Part shown: positions 49,694-59,279 of the stretch, one piece after another
Numbering within the stretch: position 1 is the first letter of the stretch
Layout: each line of letters opens with the position of its first letter
NCBI GenBank assembly: GCA_963798085.1
Contig: CAWCRS010000007.1
Span: forward strand, 224,001 to 288,000
Direction: 5' to 3'
Source of the DNA: an uncultured Gemmatimonadales bacterium
GTDB taxonomy: Bacteria; Gemmatimonadota; Gemmatimonadetes; Longimicrobiales; RSA9
Length of the DNA: 64,000 bases
Notes under the pieces: generated by a model
The model's input: the letters and a program-made list of their open reading frames with translations, nothing else
Databases searched by the model: none
Told to the model about the DNA's origin: nothing
Program-made: the position numbers and the translations under genes

Positions 49694-49744
49694 GAAGGGG
49701 AAGGACCCGCCAACCAGCAGGGCCCCCGAAGGAAGAGGAGTCTG

Positions 49745-52081
49745 TTGTCGCTGTCGATTCGCCGCCGAATCCCTGTCGCGTTCATCGTCCTGTTGAGCGC
49801 CTGCGGGCCTGTGGCGCATCCGGGCCTGGGTTCGGACGCGCGCCACGAGCTGGACCGCGCGCAGGAAGCGGCGACGCGGTGGATCACGCGGGCCCGAACG
49901 GGCAGCGACCTGGATGCGCACGCGGTGATCGCGGCCGGCTACCTCGAGCGGCTGCGGCTGGGCCTGGGCAGTCCTTTCCGGCTCATCGAGTACGCGCTGA
50001 GTGATCCCCGCCTGCCGGACAGCACGCGGACGCAGGTGGCGTGGGCGCTGCTCGGGCGCACGCTGGCGCGTGATGCGTACCAGGTCGATCCGGCGGCACT
50101 CGACCGCATTGGCCTCAGTCGGTTGTCGCTGCGGCCCGAGGCGGGCCTGCTGCACCTCGATCTGATCGACAACGCCATCCGCCAGTCCAGCGATCCGCGG
50201 GCGGGCGAGCTGGCGGTGCGGCTGGCCTACACGCTGGCGTCGGCGGCGGGCGACCTGAGTGGCGGCGCCAGCGAAGTGGCGGCGCGCGCCGCGGCGGTGA
50301 TCTGCGATCGCGAGCTGGCGCGCGAGGATGCGCGGCGCCTGCTGGCCGTGGCCCAGGACTCGGGCACTAACGCGCTGTTGTTGATCCCGCGGTGGCGGGC
50401 GGAGCGCCGCTTCCGCGTGGAGGCGCCGCCCATGCAGCCGCTGGACGCGGACGCGGAGAAGCAGGGTCTGGAGGTGGCGCCGCGGCTGGCGCACGTGATC
50501 CGCAATCTGGTGAACGGCCGGGTGGAAGGCCGCAACCTGTTCGCGGAGCGGCTGCAGCGACCGGCATCGCTGCTGGGTCCGCTGGCGGCAAGGCTGCTGG
50601 AAGCGCAGGCCGACACGCTCGGTGCGCCGCCGGAAACCCCCATCGCCATTGCCACCCTGCTGCACCGCGAACTGCTGTTGCAGCCGCCGTGGGCGCATGC
50701 GGATCAGCGCGTCGCACGCGAGCGCTTTGTACGCGACGCGATCAATGAAGAGACATTCGCCGCGCTCTACGCCGGGCTGCACGCGCGTTCGCCCTATGAT
50801 GCGGGGCCGGCCGCGACCGCACTGATGGCGGCGGTGGCGTTGCGTGCCTACGCACAGGAGCCGGTGTGGCTGCCGGGCAGCGGCGGGCCATCGGTGCGCG
50901 AACTGCAGGAGCGCTGGGGTCTGGCGGGCGTGACGTTCGCGGACGACGTGCCGCCCAGCTGGCGACCCTACTTCCGCCGCATGCTGGATCTGTCGCTGGC
51001 CGACATGTCGCGTGTGCTGCCCGCACTCGACCTGCACGGCCTGAGCGTGCGCTTCACGGATGAAGCACGCGCCGACGCGACGCTCGCGCTGCACGATCCG
51101 CGGCACCGCCGGCTGCTGCTGCCACCGGCCACGTCAGCGGGCACACTGGCGCACGAGATCGCGCACGACCTGGACTGGCAGGTGGCGCTGGAGCGCTACC
51201 GTGTGCGGGGCGACTACGCGAGCGATCGCGCGGTGCGCATGGCCTCCGACCGTTTCGGGGCGAGGCTGCAGGACCTGGCCGCCGCGTCCATGGAATCGGA
51301 GGATGGCAGCGCGCACGCGCACCGTCCCGCGGAGATCTTCGCGCGCAACGTCGACTGGTTCGTTGCCGCAACACTGGCGGCGCAGGGTCGCACGAACGGG
51401 TATCTGTCGTCTGTGCAGGACGAGATGCTCACGGGCTACGGCAGTGTGCGGCCGCCGGATATCAGCGGCGCCGCGGGTCATGCGCTCATCACCATCCTGG
51501 ACAATGTCGCGCCGCTCTATCCGGCGACGCGCGAGTGGTTCGTGAACAAGTACGGTCTGGCGCGGGCGCTCACGCCGCACGATCTGGTGCAGCGAGTGGT
51601 GGAAGCGAGCACGGATGCCGGTGGCGTGCCGGCCGCGAACAATGTGCGCGCCGGCTCGGTACCCGGCGAAGCTGCATTTCAGCGCATCGAACAGGCGCGT
51701 GACATTGCGTTTGCCGCGATCGACGCGTGGGTCTGCCGCACACCGGGTGTCAGCTTCTATCGCGAGTACGAGGTCGCGCGACGCGAGCTGGTGCTGGCGG
51801 CGGCGAAAGCGCGGGCGCGCGGAGTGTCGGTGGACATCGCGCGGCAGCTGGGCGGCGGCGCCGCCGCCGAGTGGGTGGCGAGGCGCCTGGATGAAGAGCG
51901 CGGCCCCTGGGGCGATGCGCCCGACTCGACCGTGCGCGCCGTGCTCGATCCGGTCGTGCAGCGTGCCCAGCAGGTGGGCACCGTCGTCCTGCCTTCGACG
52001 GCGCCGCGCATCGACATCGTGTCCGTTCCCATGCAGTGTCGCGTCCTGCCGTTCAGTGCAGTGACGGCGGCGCCGAAGTAA
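49745..52081 (+). CDS. Large lipoprotein with zincin HExxH metallopeptidase domain (LPD1-like)
   Basis: Lipobox LSAC; GTLAHEIAHDLD; RPAEIFARNVDWFV..GRTNGYL. Confidence 0.7.
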   Translation: MSLSIRRRIPVAFIVLLSACGPVAHPGLGSDARHELDRAQEAATRWITRARTGSDLDAHAVIAAGYLERLRLGLGSPFRLIEYALSDPRLPDSTRTQVAWALLGRTLARDAYQVDPAALDRIGLSRLSLRPEAGLLHLDLIDNAIRQSSDPRAGELAVRLAYTLASAAGDLSGGASEVAARAAAVICDRELAREDARRLLAVAQDSGTNALLLIPRWRAERRFRVEAPPMQPLDADAEKQGLEVAPRLAHVIRNLVNGRVEGRNLFAERLQRPASLLGPLAARLLEAQADTLGAPPETPIAIATLLHRELLLQPPWAHADQRVARERFVRDAINEETFAALYAGLHARSPYDAGPAATALMAAVALRAYAQEPVWLPGSGGPSVRELQERWGLAGVTFADDVPPSWRPYFRRMLDLSLADMSRVLPALDLHGLSVRFTDEARADATLALHDPRHRRLLLPPATSAGTLAHEIAHDLDWQVALERYRVRGDYASDRAVRMASDRFGARLQDLAAASMESEDGSAHAHRPAEIFARNVDWFVAATLAAQGRTNGYLSSVQDEMLTGYGSVRPPDISGAAGHALITILDNVAPLYPATREWFVNKYGLARALTPHDLVQRVVEASTDAGGVPAANNVRAGSVPGEAAFQRIEQARDIAFAAIDAWVCRTPGVSFYREYEVARRELVLAAAKARARGVSVDIARQLGGGAAAEWVARRLDEERGPWGDAPDSTVRAVLDPVVQRAQQVGTVVLPSTAPRIDIVSVPMQCRVLPFSAVTAAPK

Positions 52082-52200
52082 TCCTGCCGCCCGCCTGGTG
52101 CGGGCTTCCCGTGCTGAACGCCGGAAGTCGCGTCACGGCCGGGCGTACTCCCGTGAGAAACGGGTGGAGCTCGCTTGATAATGGGCGGTTAGAAGGGGCG

Positions 52201-52866
52201 TCAGACGCCGCGCACGTGGGCGCCCCAGATCACCTTGTGCTGCTGGATCTGGTAGCGCACGGGCAGCGGGTCGGCGAGCACCCATTCGGCCAGTTCGCGG
52301 AAGTCCATGCTCTCCCACACGGGCGAGAAGAGCAGGGCGCGCAGGGTTCCGCGCTGCACGCGCTCGTCCAGGCCGCGACTGCGGATCACCTGCACGGCCC
52401 AGTCGTAGTCCGTGCGATCGGCGATCACGAACTTGACTTCATCGCGCGCCGTGAGATGATCGAGGTTGGACCACAGGTTTTTCGATACTTCGCCCGAGCC
52501 CGGGCACTTCAGGTCCATGATCTTGTGCGCGCGCGGGTCGAGGGGCGCCACATCGATCGCGCCCGATGTTTCCACGAGCACGGTGCAGCCGTGGTCCAGC
52601 AGGCGCTGCGCCAGCTCGAAGGCAGGGCGCTGTGCGAGCGGCTCGCCGCCTGTCAGCTCGACCAGTTTCGTACCGAATGCATCGACGCGCGCCACGATTT
52701 CATCGAGCGACATGCGTTCGCCGCCGTGGAAAGCGTACGCCGTGTCGCACCACACGCAGCGCAGCGGGCAGCCGGTGAGGCGCACGAAGGTGCAGGGCAG
52801 GCCTGCCCAGGTGCTTTCGCCCTGTATCGAGTGGAAGATTTCGGTGATTCTGAGCGGAGCGGACAT
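52201..52866 (-). CDS. queE: 7-carboxy-7-deazaguanine synthase (radical SAM)
   Basis: EIFHSIQGE, FVRLTGCPLRCVWCDT, TGGEPL, DLKCPGSG, QQHKVIW. Confidence 0.93.
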   Translation of the reverse strand: MSAPLRITEIFHSIQGESTWAGLPCTFVRLTGCPLRCVWCDTAYAFHGGERMSLDEIVARVDAFGTKLVELTGGEPLAQRPAFELAQRLLDHGCTVLVETSGAIDVAPLDPRAHKIMDLKCPGSGEVSKNLWSNLDHLTARDEVKFVIADRTDYDWAVQVIRSRGLDERVQRGTLRALLFSPVWESMDFRELAEWVLADPLPVRYQIQQHKVIWGAHVRGV

Positions 52867-52874
52867 CAGAACGG

Positions 52875-53843
52875 CTAGGGATTCAGGTTCTTGCCGTCGC
52901 CCGACCGTCGCACCAGAAAGCGGAACGGGCTCTCGGCCAGCACTGCGTTCACCACGAACAGCAGGTTTGCCGGCCGCTCGGCCATGCGGCGCATGAGATA
53001 GGGGTACCAGGCATCTCCGAACGGCACATAGATGCGCACGGTATACCCCTGATCGCGCAGGGCGTGCTGCAGGTCGCGCCGCACGCCATAGAGCATCTGG
53101 AACTCGAACGCACTGTTGGGCAGCTGGCGCTCGCTCGCGAACGCGGTGGTGGCGCGGATCATGGCGTCATGATGCGTAGCAATGCCGGGATACGTGCCGT
53201 CGGCCAGCAGCATGCGCATGAGCTTCACGAAATTGGCATCGACGGCCGGTTTCTGCTGCAGCGCCACGCTCTCGGGCTCCTGGTAGGCGCCCTTGCACAG
53301 GCGCACCCGGGCCTGCAGCTGGTTGGCCATCTGCACATCGGACTCGCTGCGCAGCATGTAGGCCTGCAGCACAATGCCGATGTTGCGGGTGCCCGCTTCC
53401 CAGAGTAACCGGAAGAAATCGATGGTGCGCCCCGTGTGCTTGCTGGACTCCATGTCGAAGCGCACGAACATGTCGTGCTGCGCGGCTTCCGCAATCACGC
53501 GCCCGATGTTTTCGCGGAGGAAATCGCCGTCAATGTCCTGGCCCATCTGGGTGAGCTTGAGCGACACGTTGGCGTCCAGCTTTTCTTCGGCAATGCGGCG
53601 GATCAGCGCGACGTAGATATCGGCGGCGGCGGTGGCTTCCTCGCGGCTGCGCACGGATTCGCCGAGGCAGTCGAGCGTGGCCTTCATGCCGGCGTGGTTC
53701 AGCGCACGGGCGGCGCGCACGCCGTCCTCGACGGTCTCACCCGCGACGAAGCGACGGGCCATGGTGCGAGCGCCCGGCGCACCAGTAGCGATGCGCCGGG
53801 CGAGCGGGTTCTCGCTGAGAAAGATCAGTGCTTCGCGCAGCAC
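52875..53843 (-). CDS. Proline dehydrogenase (monofunctional)
   Basis: RFVAGE, LGE, SLKLTQ, DME, VRLCKGAY, ATH, EFQMLYG, YLMRRMAERPAN. Confidence 0.93.
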   Translation of the reverse strand: MLREALIFLSENPLARRIATGAPGARTMARRFVAGETVEDGVRAARALNHAGMKATLDCLGESVRSREEATAAADIYVALIRRIAEEKLDANVSLKLTQMGQDIDGDFLRENIGRVIAEAAQHDMFVRFDMESSKHTGRTIDFFRLLWEAGTRNIGIVLQAYMLRSESDVQMANQLQARVRLCKGAYQEPESVALQQKPAVDANFVKLMRMLLADGTYPGIATHHDAMIRATTAFASERQLPNSAFEFQMLYGVRRDLQHALRDQGYTVRIYVPFGDAWYPYLMRRMAERPANLLFVVNAVLAESPFRFLVRRSGDGKNLNP

Positions 53844-53850
53844 GGAATCG

Positions 53851-54329
53851 TCAGTTCTCCAGTTCCCGCCGCTTGCGTTCGATGGCGGCGTCGAGTTCGG
53901 CCTTCACTTCGTAGAGCGACATTTCGAGGGCGTTTCTGCGCGCTTCTTCCGCGCTGGCGCCGAACGCGACATTGCCGGACTCGGCGTGATCCATGATGCC
54001 GGCGCCGGTAGCGGCCCAGCGGATGAAGACGAGGAACGCCGCCCACGGCCGAGCCTCGTCGCCCGTCGCTTCCGTGTCGATATCGACCGTGTAGGGCTGG
54101 CCATCCACACCCTCGAATGCGGGCACGCGATCGTGCATGTCAATGTAGCCGCCCAGCGTCAGGTCGCGCGCAGGATTCGCGGGAGCGTCGTCGCCACGCA
54201 GCAGTTGCAGCACATCGAGGCCCGGATCCAGGGCTGATCGTCGCCCGCATCATCGTCGCCCATTCCCATGAGCGCGCGGCGCTCGAGCTCGTCGTAGATC
54301 TCGTCGTCTTCCGGTTTCTTTTCAGTCAC
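53851..54329 (-). CDS. Acidic hypothetical protein (frameshifted near 54232)
   Basis: GTG at 54329 gives VTEKKPEDDEIYDELERRALMG..; restoring one C joins ORF 53851-54213 (..LDPGLDVLQLL..HDRVPAFEGVDGQPYTV). Confidence 0.65.
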
Positions 54330-54487
54330 ACTCGGCCCGGCACTGCGGTGGCTTGGACCGGGAACGTTAGCAGCGGGTGCGGCCCGCCGCCACCCTGGGC
54401 CGGTGGCGAGCGGCGAGGGGGCGGGCGTATGCTTGGGTCATGGCCAGCCCCACGCGAAGCGGAGCGCCTCCGCCAGTGACGGAGACC

Positions 54488-55507
54488 ATGCGCGCGGCGA
54501 TCATCCGCGAATTCGGCGGCCCCGACGTGCTGCGGGTCGAGGCGGTGCGGGTGCCGCAACCGGGGCCGGACGCGGTACGTATTGCGGTGCGCGGCTCGGG
54601 GCTGAATCACCTCGACCTGTTTGCGCGCCGCGGTCTGCCGGGCGTGCCCCTGCCGCACATCGGCGGCTCCGACATAGCCGGCGTCGTGGACGCCTTGGGT
54701 CCGGGCGTGCACGCCTGGAAGCCGGGCGACCCCGTCGTGGTCAATCCCACACTCTCCTGCGGGCACTGCGAATGGTGCCTGCGCGGCGAGGATCCTCTGT
54801 GCGCCGAGTTCCGCATCATCGGCGAACATCTGGATGGCGGATTCGCGGAATACGTCGTGGTGCCGGCGGCGAACCTGTACCGGGTGCCGGATGCCTGGGA
54901 CCTCATGCGCGCCGCAGCGGTGCCGCTCGTGTTTCTCACGGCGTGGCGGGGACTGGTCACGCGCGCGCGACTGGTGGCGGGAGAAACGTTGCTCATCACG
55001 GGTGCGTCCGGTGGCGTAGCCACGGCCGCAATCGGGGTGGCGAAGCATCTCGGCGCCCGTGTCGCCGCCATTACTTCGACGGAGCACGTGGAGCGCGTGC
55101 GTGCGCTGGGTGCTGACGCCGTGTTCGATCGGCGCGACGCAGCACACCGCAAGGCGCTGCACGATTGGACCGGCAGGCGTGGCGTCGACGTAGTGTTCGA
55201 TGCGGTGGGTCAGGCGACATGGCACGACAACCTGCGCGCAGTCAGGCGGGGCGGCCGCTTCGTCGTGTATGGTGCGACGACAGGCCCGGAAGCCGTCACC
55301 GATGTGCGTTTCGTATTCTGGAAGCAGATCGAGATTGTGGGGACGACGATGTCGAACCGGCGTGAGTTCGAAACCGTGATGGACCTGGTCTTTGGCGGGC
55401 TCCTGCAGCCGGTGATCGACGTGGTCTGGCCGCTCGAACGTGTGCGTGCAGCGCACGAGCGGCTGGAGCACGGCGATCAGTTCGGCAAGATCGTGCTGGT
55501 GCCGTGA
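54488..55507 (+). CDS. Zn-binding dehydrogenase/quinone oxidoreductase (MDR family)
   Basis: GGPDVL, LNHLD, CGHCEWC..C, TGASGGVA, FGKIVL. Confidence 0.92.
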   Translation: MRAAIIREFGGPDVLRVEAVRVPQPGPDAVRIAVRGSGLNHLDLFARRGLPGVPLPHIGGSDIAGVVDALGPGVHAWKPGDPVVVNPTLSCGHCEWCLRGEDPLCAEFRIIGEHLDGGFAEYVVVPAANLYRVPDAWDLMRAAAVPLVFLTAWRGLVTRARLVAGETLLITGASGGVATAAIGVAKHLGARVAAITSTEHVERVRALGADAVFDRRDAAHRKALHDWTGRRGVDVVFDAVGQATWHDNLRAVRRGGRFVVYGATTGPEAVTDVRFVFWKQIEIVGTTMSNRREFETVMDLVFGGLLQPVIDVVWPLERVRAAHERLEHGDQFGKIVLVP

Positions 55508-55519
55508 AGCGTACGGCGA

Positions 55520-55834
55520 TCAGAGCGGTGTCCAGCGGTTCGCATCGCGCACGCGGTATTTCTCGAGCACCCGCCCGAATGCTTCATTCAGATCGATGCC
55601 CTGCTCATTGGCGAGCGCGATCAGCACGAAGAGGATGTCGCCCATCTCGAGAGCGAGATCCTGCTCCGGCTCCTCCGGCTTCTTGGGCTTGTGGCCGTAG
55701 CGATGATTCAGCTCGCGCGCCAGCTCACCGACTTCCTCGACCAGGCGAGCGAGGTTCGAGAGGGGCGGCCAGTAGCCTTCGGCGAACTGGCTCACCCACC
55801 CGTCCACCGCGCGCTGCGCTTCCTCCAGTGTCAC
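55520..55834 (-). CDS. MazG-like nucleotide pyrophosphohydrolase (YpjD type)
   Basis: LVEEVGELARE, EMGDILF, RDANRW. Confidence 0.92.
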   Translation of the reverse strand: MTLEEAQRAVDGWVSQFAEGYWPPLSNLARLVEEVGELARELNHRYGHKPKKPEEPEQDLALEMGDILFVLIALANEQGIDLNEAFGRVLEKYRVRDANRWTPL

Positions 55835-56964
55835 GCGCCACCCGCAGCGAGTTCGTCGGCGACGAAATCGATCTCGGCCTCGGTGTTGTAGAAATGCGGC
55901 GAGATGCGAACGTATCCGGGTCGCCAGTCGACAATAATGTCGCGCGCGGCGAGGCGGGCAACGGCGGCGCCCGGGTCGGAATGCGCGACCATGACAATGG
56001 CGGAGCGCGACGCGGCGCGGGATGCGCAGCGCACGCGAAACCCGGCGTCGCGCACGCGCTCGATCAGGCGCTCCGTGAGCGCGCTGTCACGCGCGCGCAC
56101 TTCCGCCATGCCCACTTCCTCAATGATCTCGTGGCCGCCCAGCGCGGCGTGGACGGTGGGCAGTGCGGGTGTGCCCATCTCGAAGCGGCGCGCATCATCC
56201 TTGAACGCGAAATGCGCGCTGTCGAAGGCGAACTGATCGCGCGCGCCGAACCAGCCGGTGGTGTGCGGCTCGAGCTCGCGTATCAGCTCGCGGCGCACCC
56301 ACAGATACGAAAGACCGGGCCCGCCCAGCAGCCATTTCAGCGGACCGGTGATGAGCACATCGGCATCCGCGGCGCGCACATCGATGGGCACCTGGCCGCC
56401 ACTCTGGTACGCGTCGACGAGAAAGAGCGCGCCGCGCGCGTGCGCGATGTCGGCGAGTGCGCGCAGGTCCTGGATGGCGCCGGTAGTGAAGAATACGTGG
56501 CTCGTGGCGAGGATCGCGGTGCGATCATCCACCGCCGCGGCGAAGCGCGCGGGATCGATGGTCGCGCCATCGTCGCTCTGCACACGCACGACTTCCACTT
56601 CGGGCCGCACCATCCACTGATAACCGAGTGTCGGGAAATCCAGCTCGGCAATCACGACGCGGTTGCGTCTGCTGTAGTCGACCGACGACGCGATGCTGGC
56701 GAGCGCGACGGAAACGCTGGCCGTGAGCGCGATTTCGTCGGCATCGCCGTTCAGCAGGCGGGCCACGGCGCCGCGCAGGGACTCGAGGCGGCCGGTCCAG
56801 GTCTCGTACCACGCGGACGCGCCGTAGGCGTGCCACTCCTCGTGAAAGCGCTGGATGTAGTTCAGCGCACGCTGCGAAAGTGCTCCCAGCGAGCAGGAGT
56901 TGAGGTACGTCTTGCGCTGGAGGATGGGGAACTCGGCACGCCAATCACTGATGTTCACGAGCAC
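55831..56964 (-). CDS. Class V PLP aminotransferase (kynureninase/cysteine desulfurase-like)
   Basis: YLNSCSLG, LDFPT, DAYQS, KWLLGGPG, RFEMGT, RISPHFYNT. Confidence 0.9.
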   Translation of the reverse strand: MLVNISDWRAEFPILQRKTYLNSCSLGALSQRALNYIQRFHEEWHAYGASAWYETWTGRLESLRGAVARLLNGDADEIALTASVSVALASIASSVDYSRRNRVVIAELDFPTLGYQWMVRPEVEVVRVQSDDGATIDPARFAAAVDDRTAILATSHVFFTTGAIQDLRALADIAHARGALFLVDAYQSGGQVPIDVRAADADVLITGPLKWLLGGPGLSYLWVRRELIRELEPHTTGWFGARDQFAFDSAHFAFKDDARRFEMGTPALPTVHAALGGHEIIEEVGMAEVRARDSALTERLIERVRDAGFRVRCASRAASRSAIVMVAHSDPGAAVARLAARDIIVDWRPGYVRISPHFYNTEAEIDFVADELAAGGA

Positions 56965-57089
56965 CCGTGCAGAGGGAGACGCAGTGCGCGGACGCGGTCC
57001 GTCCGTCCCGCGAACGCTCGCGGGCCGCGCAAATTACGCCGCCGCGCGATGCGGCGGCAAGCGAACCCGGCAGTGCGCCGAGCCTGACC

Positions 57090-58286
57090 ATGCCGCCTTC
57101 ACCGATGGAGCTGCTGCTGGCTCTGCCGTGGATCGTGGCGGCGCTGTTCCTGCCCGTGCTGCTGCAGCGCCGGCCCCGTCTCGACGAGAACCCGCCGGCG
57201 AAAGGCGAGCTGCCGCTCATCTCCATCATTGTGCCCGCGCGCAATGAAGCCGATAACATCGCCGGCATCATGGCGACGCTGCTCTCCTCCGATTACCCGC
57301 GCTACGAGATCATTCTGGTCGATGACCGCAGCACGGACGGGACGACGGAGATCGCGCGGCGGTTGACGAGCAATCATCCCAATGTCGTACGCCTGGTCGA
57401 AGGCGAGCCGCTGCCCGCCGGCTGGGTAGGGAAGTGCTGGGCCTGCTGGCAGGGCTACCGCCGCGCGGCAGGTGCGGTGCTGGTGTTCACCAATGCCGAT
57501 ACACGGCACCATCCGCATCTGCTGGGACACGCACTGGGCGCACTGCGCCGTCACGCCGCGGACCTGGTCAGTGTCTTTCCGCGGCAGCTCATGTTCACGT
57601 ACTGGGAGCGCGTGATCCAGCCGCACGTATTCACCGCGATCATGTTCCGTTATCGCGACGGCGAGCGCATCAACCACTCGCGCAATCCGCGTGACGTGAT
57701 TGCCAATGGCCAGTTCATCGCCATGACGCGCGTGGGCTACGAAGCGATTGGCGGACACGAGGCGGTGCGCGCGGAGGTGGTGGAGGACCTGCACCTGGCG
57801 CAGCGCACGGTGGCGCTGGGCCGGCGTCTCTACGTGGCGTACGCGGAGGATCTGATCGCCACGCGCATGTACCGCTCACTCGCGGCCATTGTCGAAGGCT
57901 GGTCGAAGAACCTGGCCAATGCCTCACGGGACACGGTGGACCCGTGGCTGCGACCCTTCCTGCCCTGGCTCATCTCGCTGGCGCTGCTGCTGGTGTGGGT
58001 GGCGCCGCCCCTGACACTGCTGTTAGCGCCGCTGCTGCACACCGGCCTGGGCTGGAGCCTCACGGCGGTGAGCGCGTCCATCGTGTTCTGGCTGGGCATG
58101 CACCGCATCTTCCGCATTCCCCTGCTGCCCGCGCTGCTCTACCCGCTGGGCGCCATGATGACGGCCGCGCTCTACGTGCGCAGCGCATTGCTGGGCAGTG
58201 CGGTGACCTGGAAGGGCAGGCGATACGGCGAGGTGGAAGCCGCGGCGAACGTGGAGGCGGAAAGCGCAGCGGACGACGGCAGCTGA
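57090..58286 (+). CDS. Membrane GT2 glycosyltransferase (CrtQ/HpnB-like)
   Basis: IVPARNE, DDRSTD, GWVGK..AC, ANGQF, GGHEAV..VEDL, RMY, GWSKN, VTWKGR. Confidence 0.9.
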   Translation: MPPSPMELLLALPWIVAALFLPVLLQRRPRLDENPPAKGELPLISIIVPARNEADNIAGIMATLLSSDYPRYEIILVDDRSTDGTTEIARRLTSNHPNVVRLVEGEPLPAGWVGKCWACWQGYRRAAGAVLVFTNADTRHHPHLLGHALGALRRHAADLVSVFPRQLMFTYWERVIQPHVFTAIMFRYRDGERINHSRNPRDVIANGQFIAMTRVGYEAIGGHEAVRAEVVEDLHLAQRTVALGRRLYVAYAEDLIATRMYRSLAAIVEGWSKNLANASRDTVDPWLRPFLPWLISLALLLVWVAPPLTLLLAPLLHTGLGWSLTAVSASIVFWLGMHRIFRIPLLPALLYPLGAMMTAALYVRSALLGSAVTWKGRRYGEVEAAANVEAESAADDGS

Positions 58287-58306
58287 AGCAGCGTCGTCGC
58301 CAGCGA

Positions 58307-59146
58307 TCAGTCGTCCACGAAGTCCACGTTGACGCGCCGGGGAATGAGGCCGGCCTGGAACCCGCGATCGAGGAACAGCTGCACCGCGCGCCGGCCATCG
58401 GCACCGTAATCCAGCGTGCGCGCGTTCACGTACATGCCGACGAACGCGTCGGTCTTCGCTGGATCGAGGCCTCGCCCGTATTGCTGCGCGTGCGCGAGCG
58501 CTTCCACGCGGTGCTCGAGTCCCAGCGCAATGGAAGCGCGCAGCAGGCGAGAGACGCGCAGCATCAGCTCATCGCCCAGGTCACGCCGGATGACGTTGCC
58601 GCCCAGTGGCAGAGGCAGGCCGCCGGTCTCCTTCGCCCACCACTTGCCGAGGTCCGCGACCAGGCGCAGGCCCGCATCCTCGAAGGTGAGCTGGCCTTCG
58701 TGTATGAGCAGGCCGGCATCGGCTTTGCCTTCGGCCACGTGCTCGATGATCTGATCGAAGGCGACGACTTCGTGTTCGACATCCGGGCGGAACATTTTCA
58801 GCGCGAGGAACGCCGACGTCATGGTGCCGGGCACGGCGACACGCAGTCCGGCAAGCTGAGAGGGACGCAGTCGCTTGCGCGAAACAATGCGCGGGCCGTA
58901 GCCCTCGCCCATGGACGCGCCGTGCGGTAGCAGCGCGTATCGGGCAGACAGATACGCGTACGCGTGGATGGACACGGCAGTGACGTCCAGCTCGCCACCC
59001 AGTGCGCGGCGGTTGAGCGTTTCAATGTCCTGCAACTCGTGCTCGAAGCGCAGCTCGCCGGTGTCGATCCTGCCGGTAGCTAACGCCCAGAACATGAACG
59101 CATCGTCCGAGTCGGGCGAATGCGCCACGCGGATGGTCCGTCGCAT
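58307..59146 (-). CDS. mqnD: 1,4-dihydroxy-6-naphthoate synthase (futalosine menaquinone pathway)
   Basis: AHSPDSDDAFMF, DIETLN, GEGYGP, LLIHEGQLT, LPLPLG, MYVN. Confidence 0.88.
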   Translation of the reverse strand: MRRTIRVAHSPDSDDAFMFWALATGRIDTGELRFEHELQDIETLNRRALGGELDVTAVSIHAYAYLSARYALLPHGASMGEGYGPRIVSRKRLRPSQLAGLRVAVPGTMTSAFLALKMFRPDVEHEVVAFDQIIEHVAEGKADAGLLIHEGQLTFEDAGLRLVADLGKWWAKETGGLPLPLGGNVIRRDLGDELMLRVSRLLRASIALGLEHRVEALAHAQQYGRGLDPAKTDAFVGMYVNARTLDYGADGRRAVQLFLDRGFQAGLIPRRVNVDFVDD

Positions 59147-59187
59147 CGATTGTCCTCTGAGCTTGACTTGGGCCCTGATGGCGGCAG

Positions 59188-59217
59188 ATCTTAGAGGAGG
59201 CGCTGCCCGGGTGTCAA
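59188..59217 (-). promoter_or_regulatory. Putative sigma70 promoter of mqnD
   Basis: TTGACA-18 nt-TAAGAT on the minus strand, upstream of a GAGG RBS and the ATG at 59146. Confidence 0.55.
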
Positions 59218-59279
59218 TTTCCCCGTGCACGACCCCGCCAGGCGACCCGGCCTGCTCCGCCTCCGGCAAGGATGTACCG

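Noticed and set aside
55504..57087. 527-aa plus-strand ORF
   Set aside because: Antisense to the MazG-like and class V aminotransferase genes.
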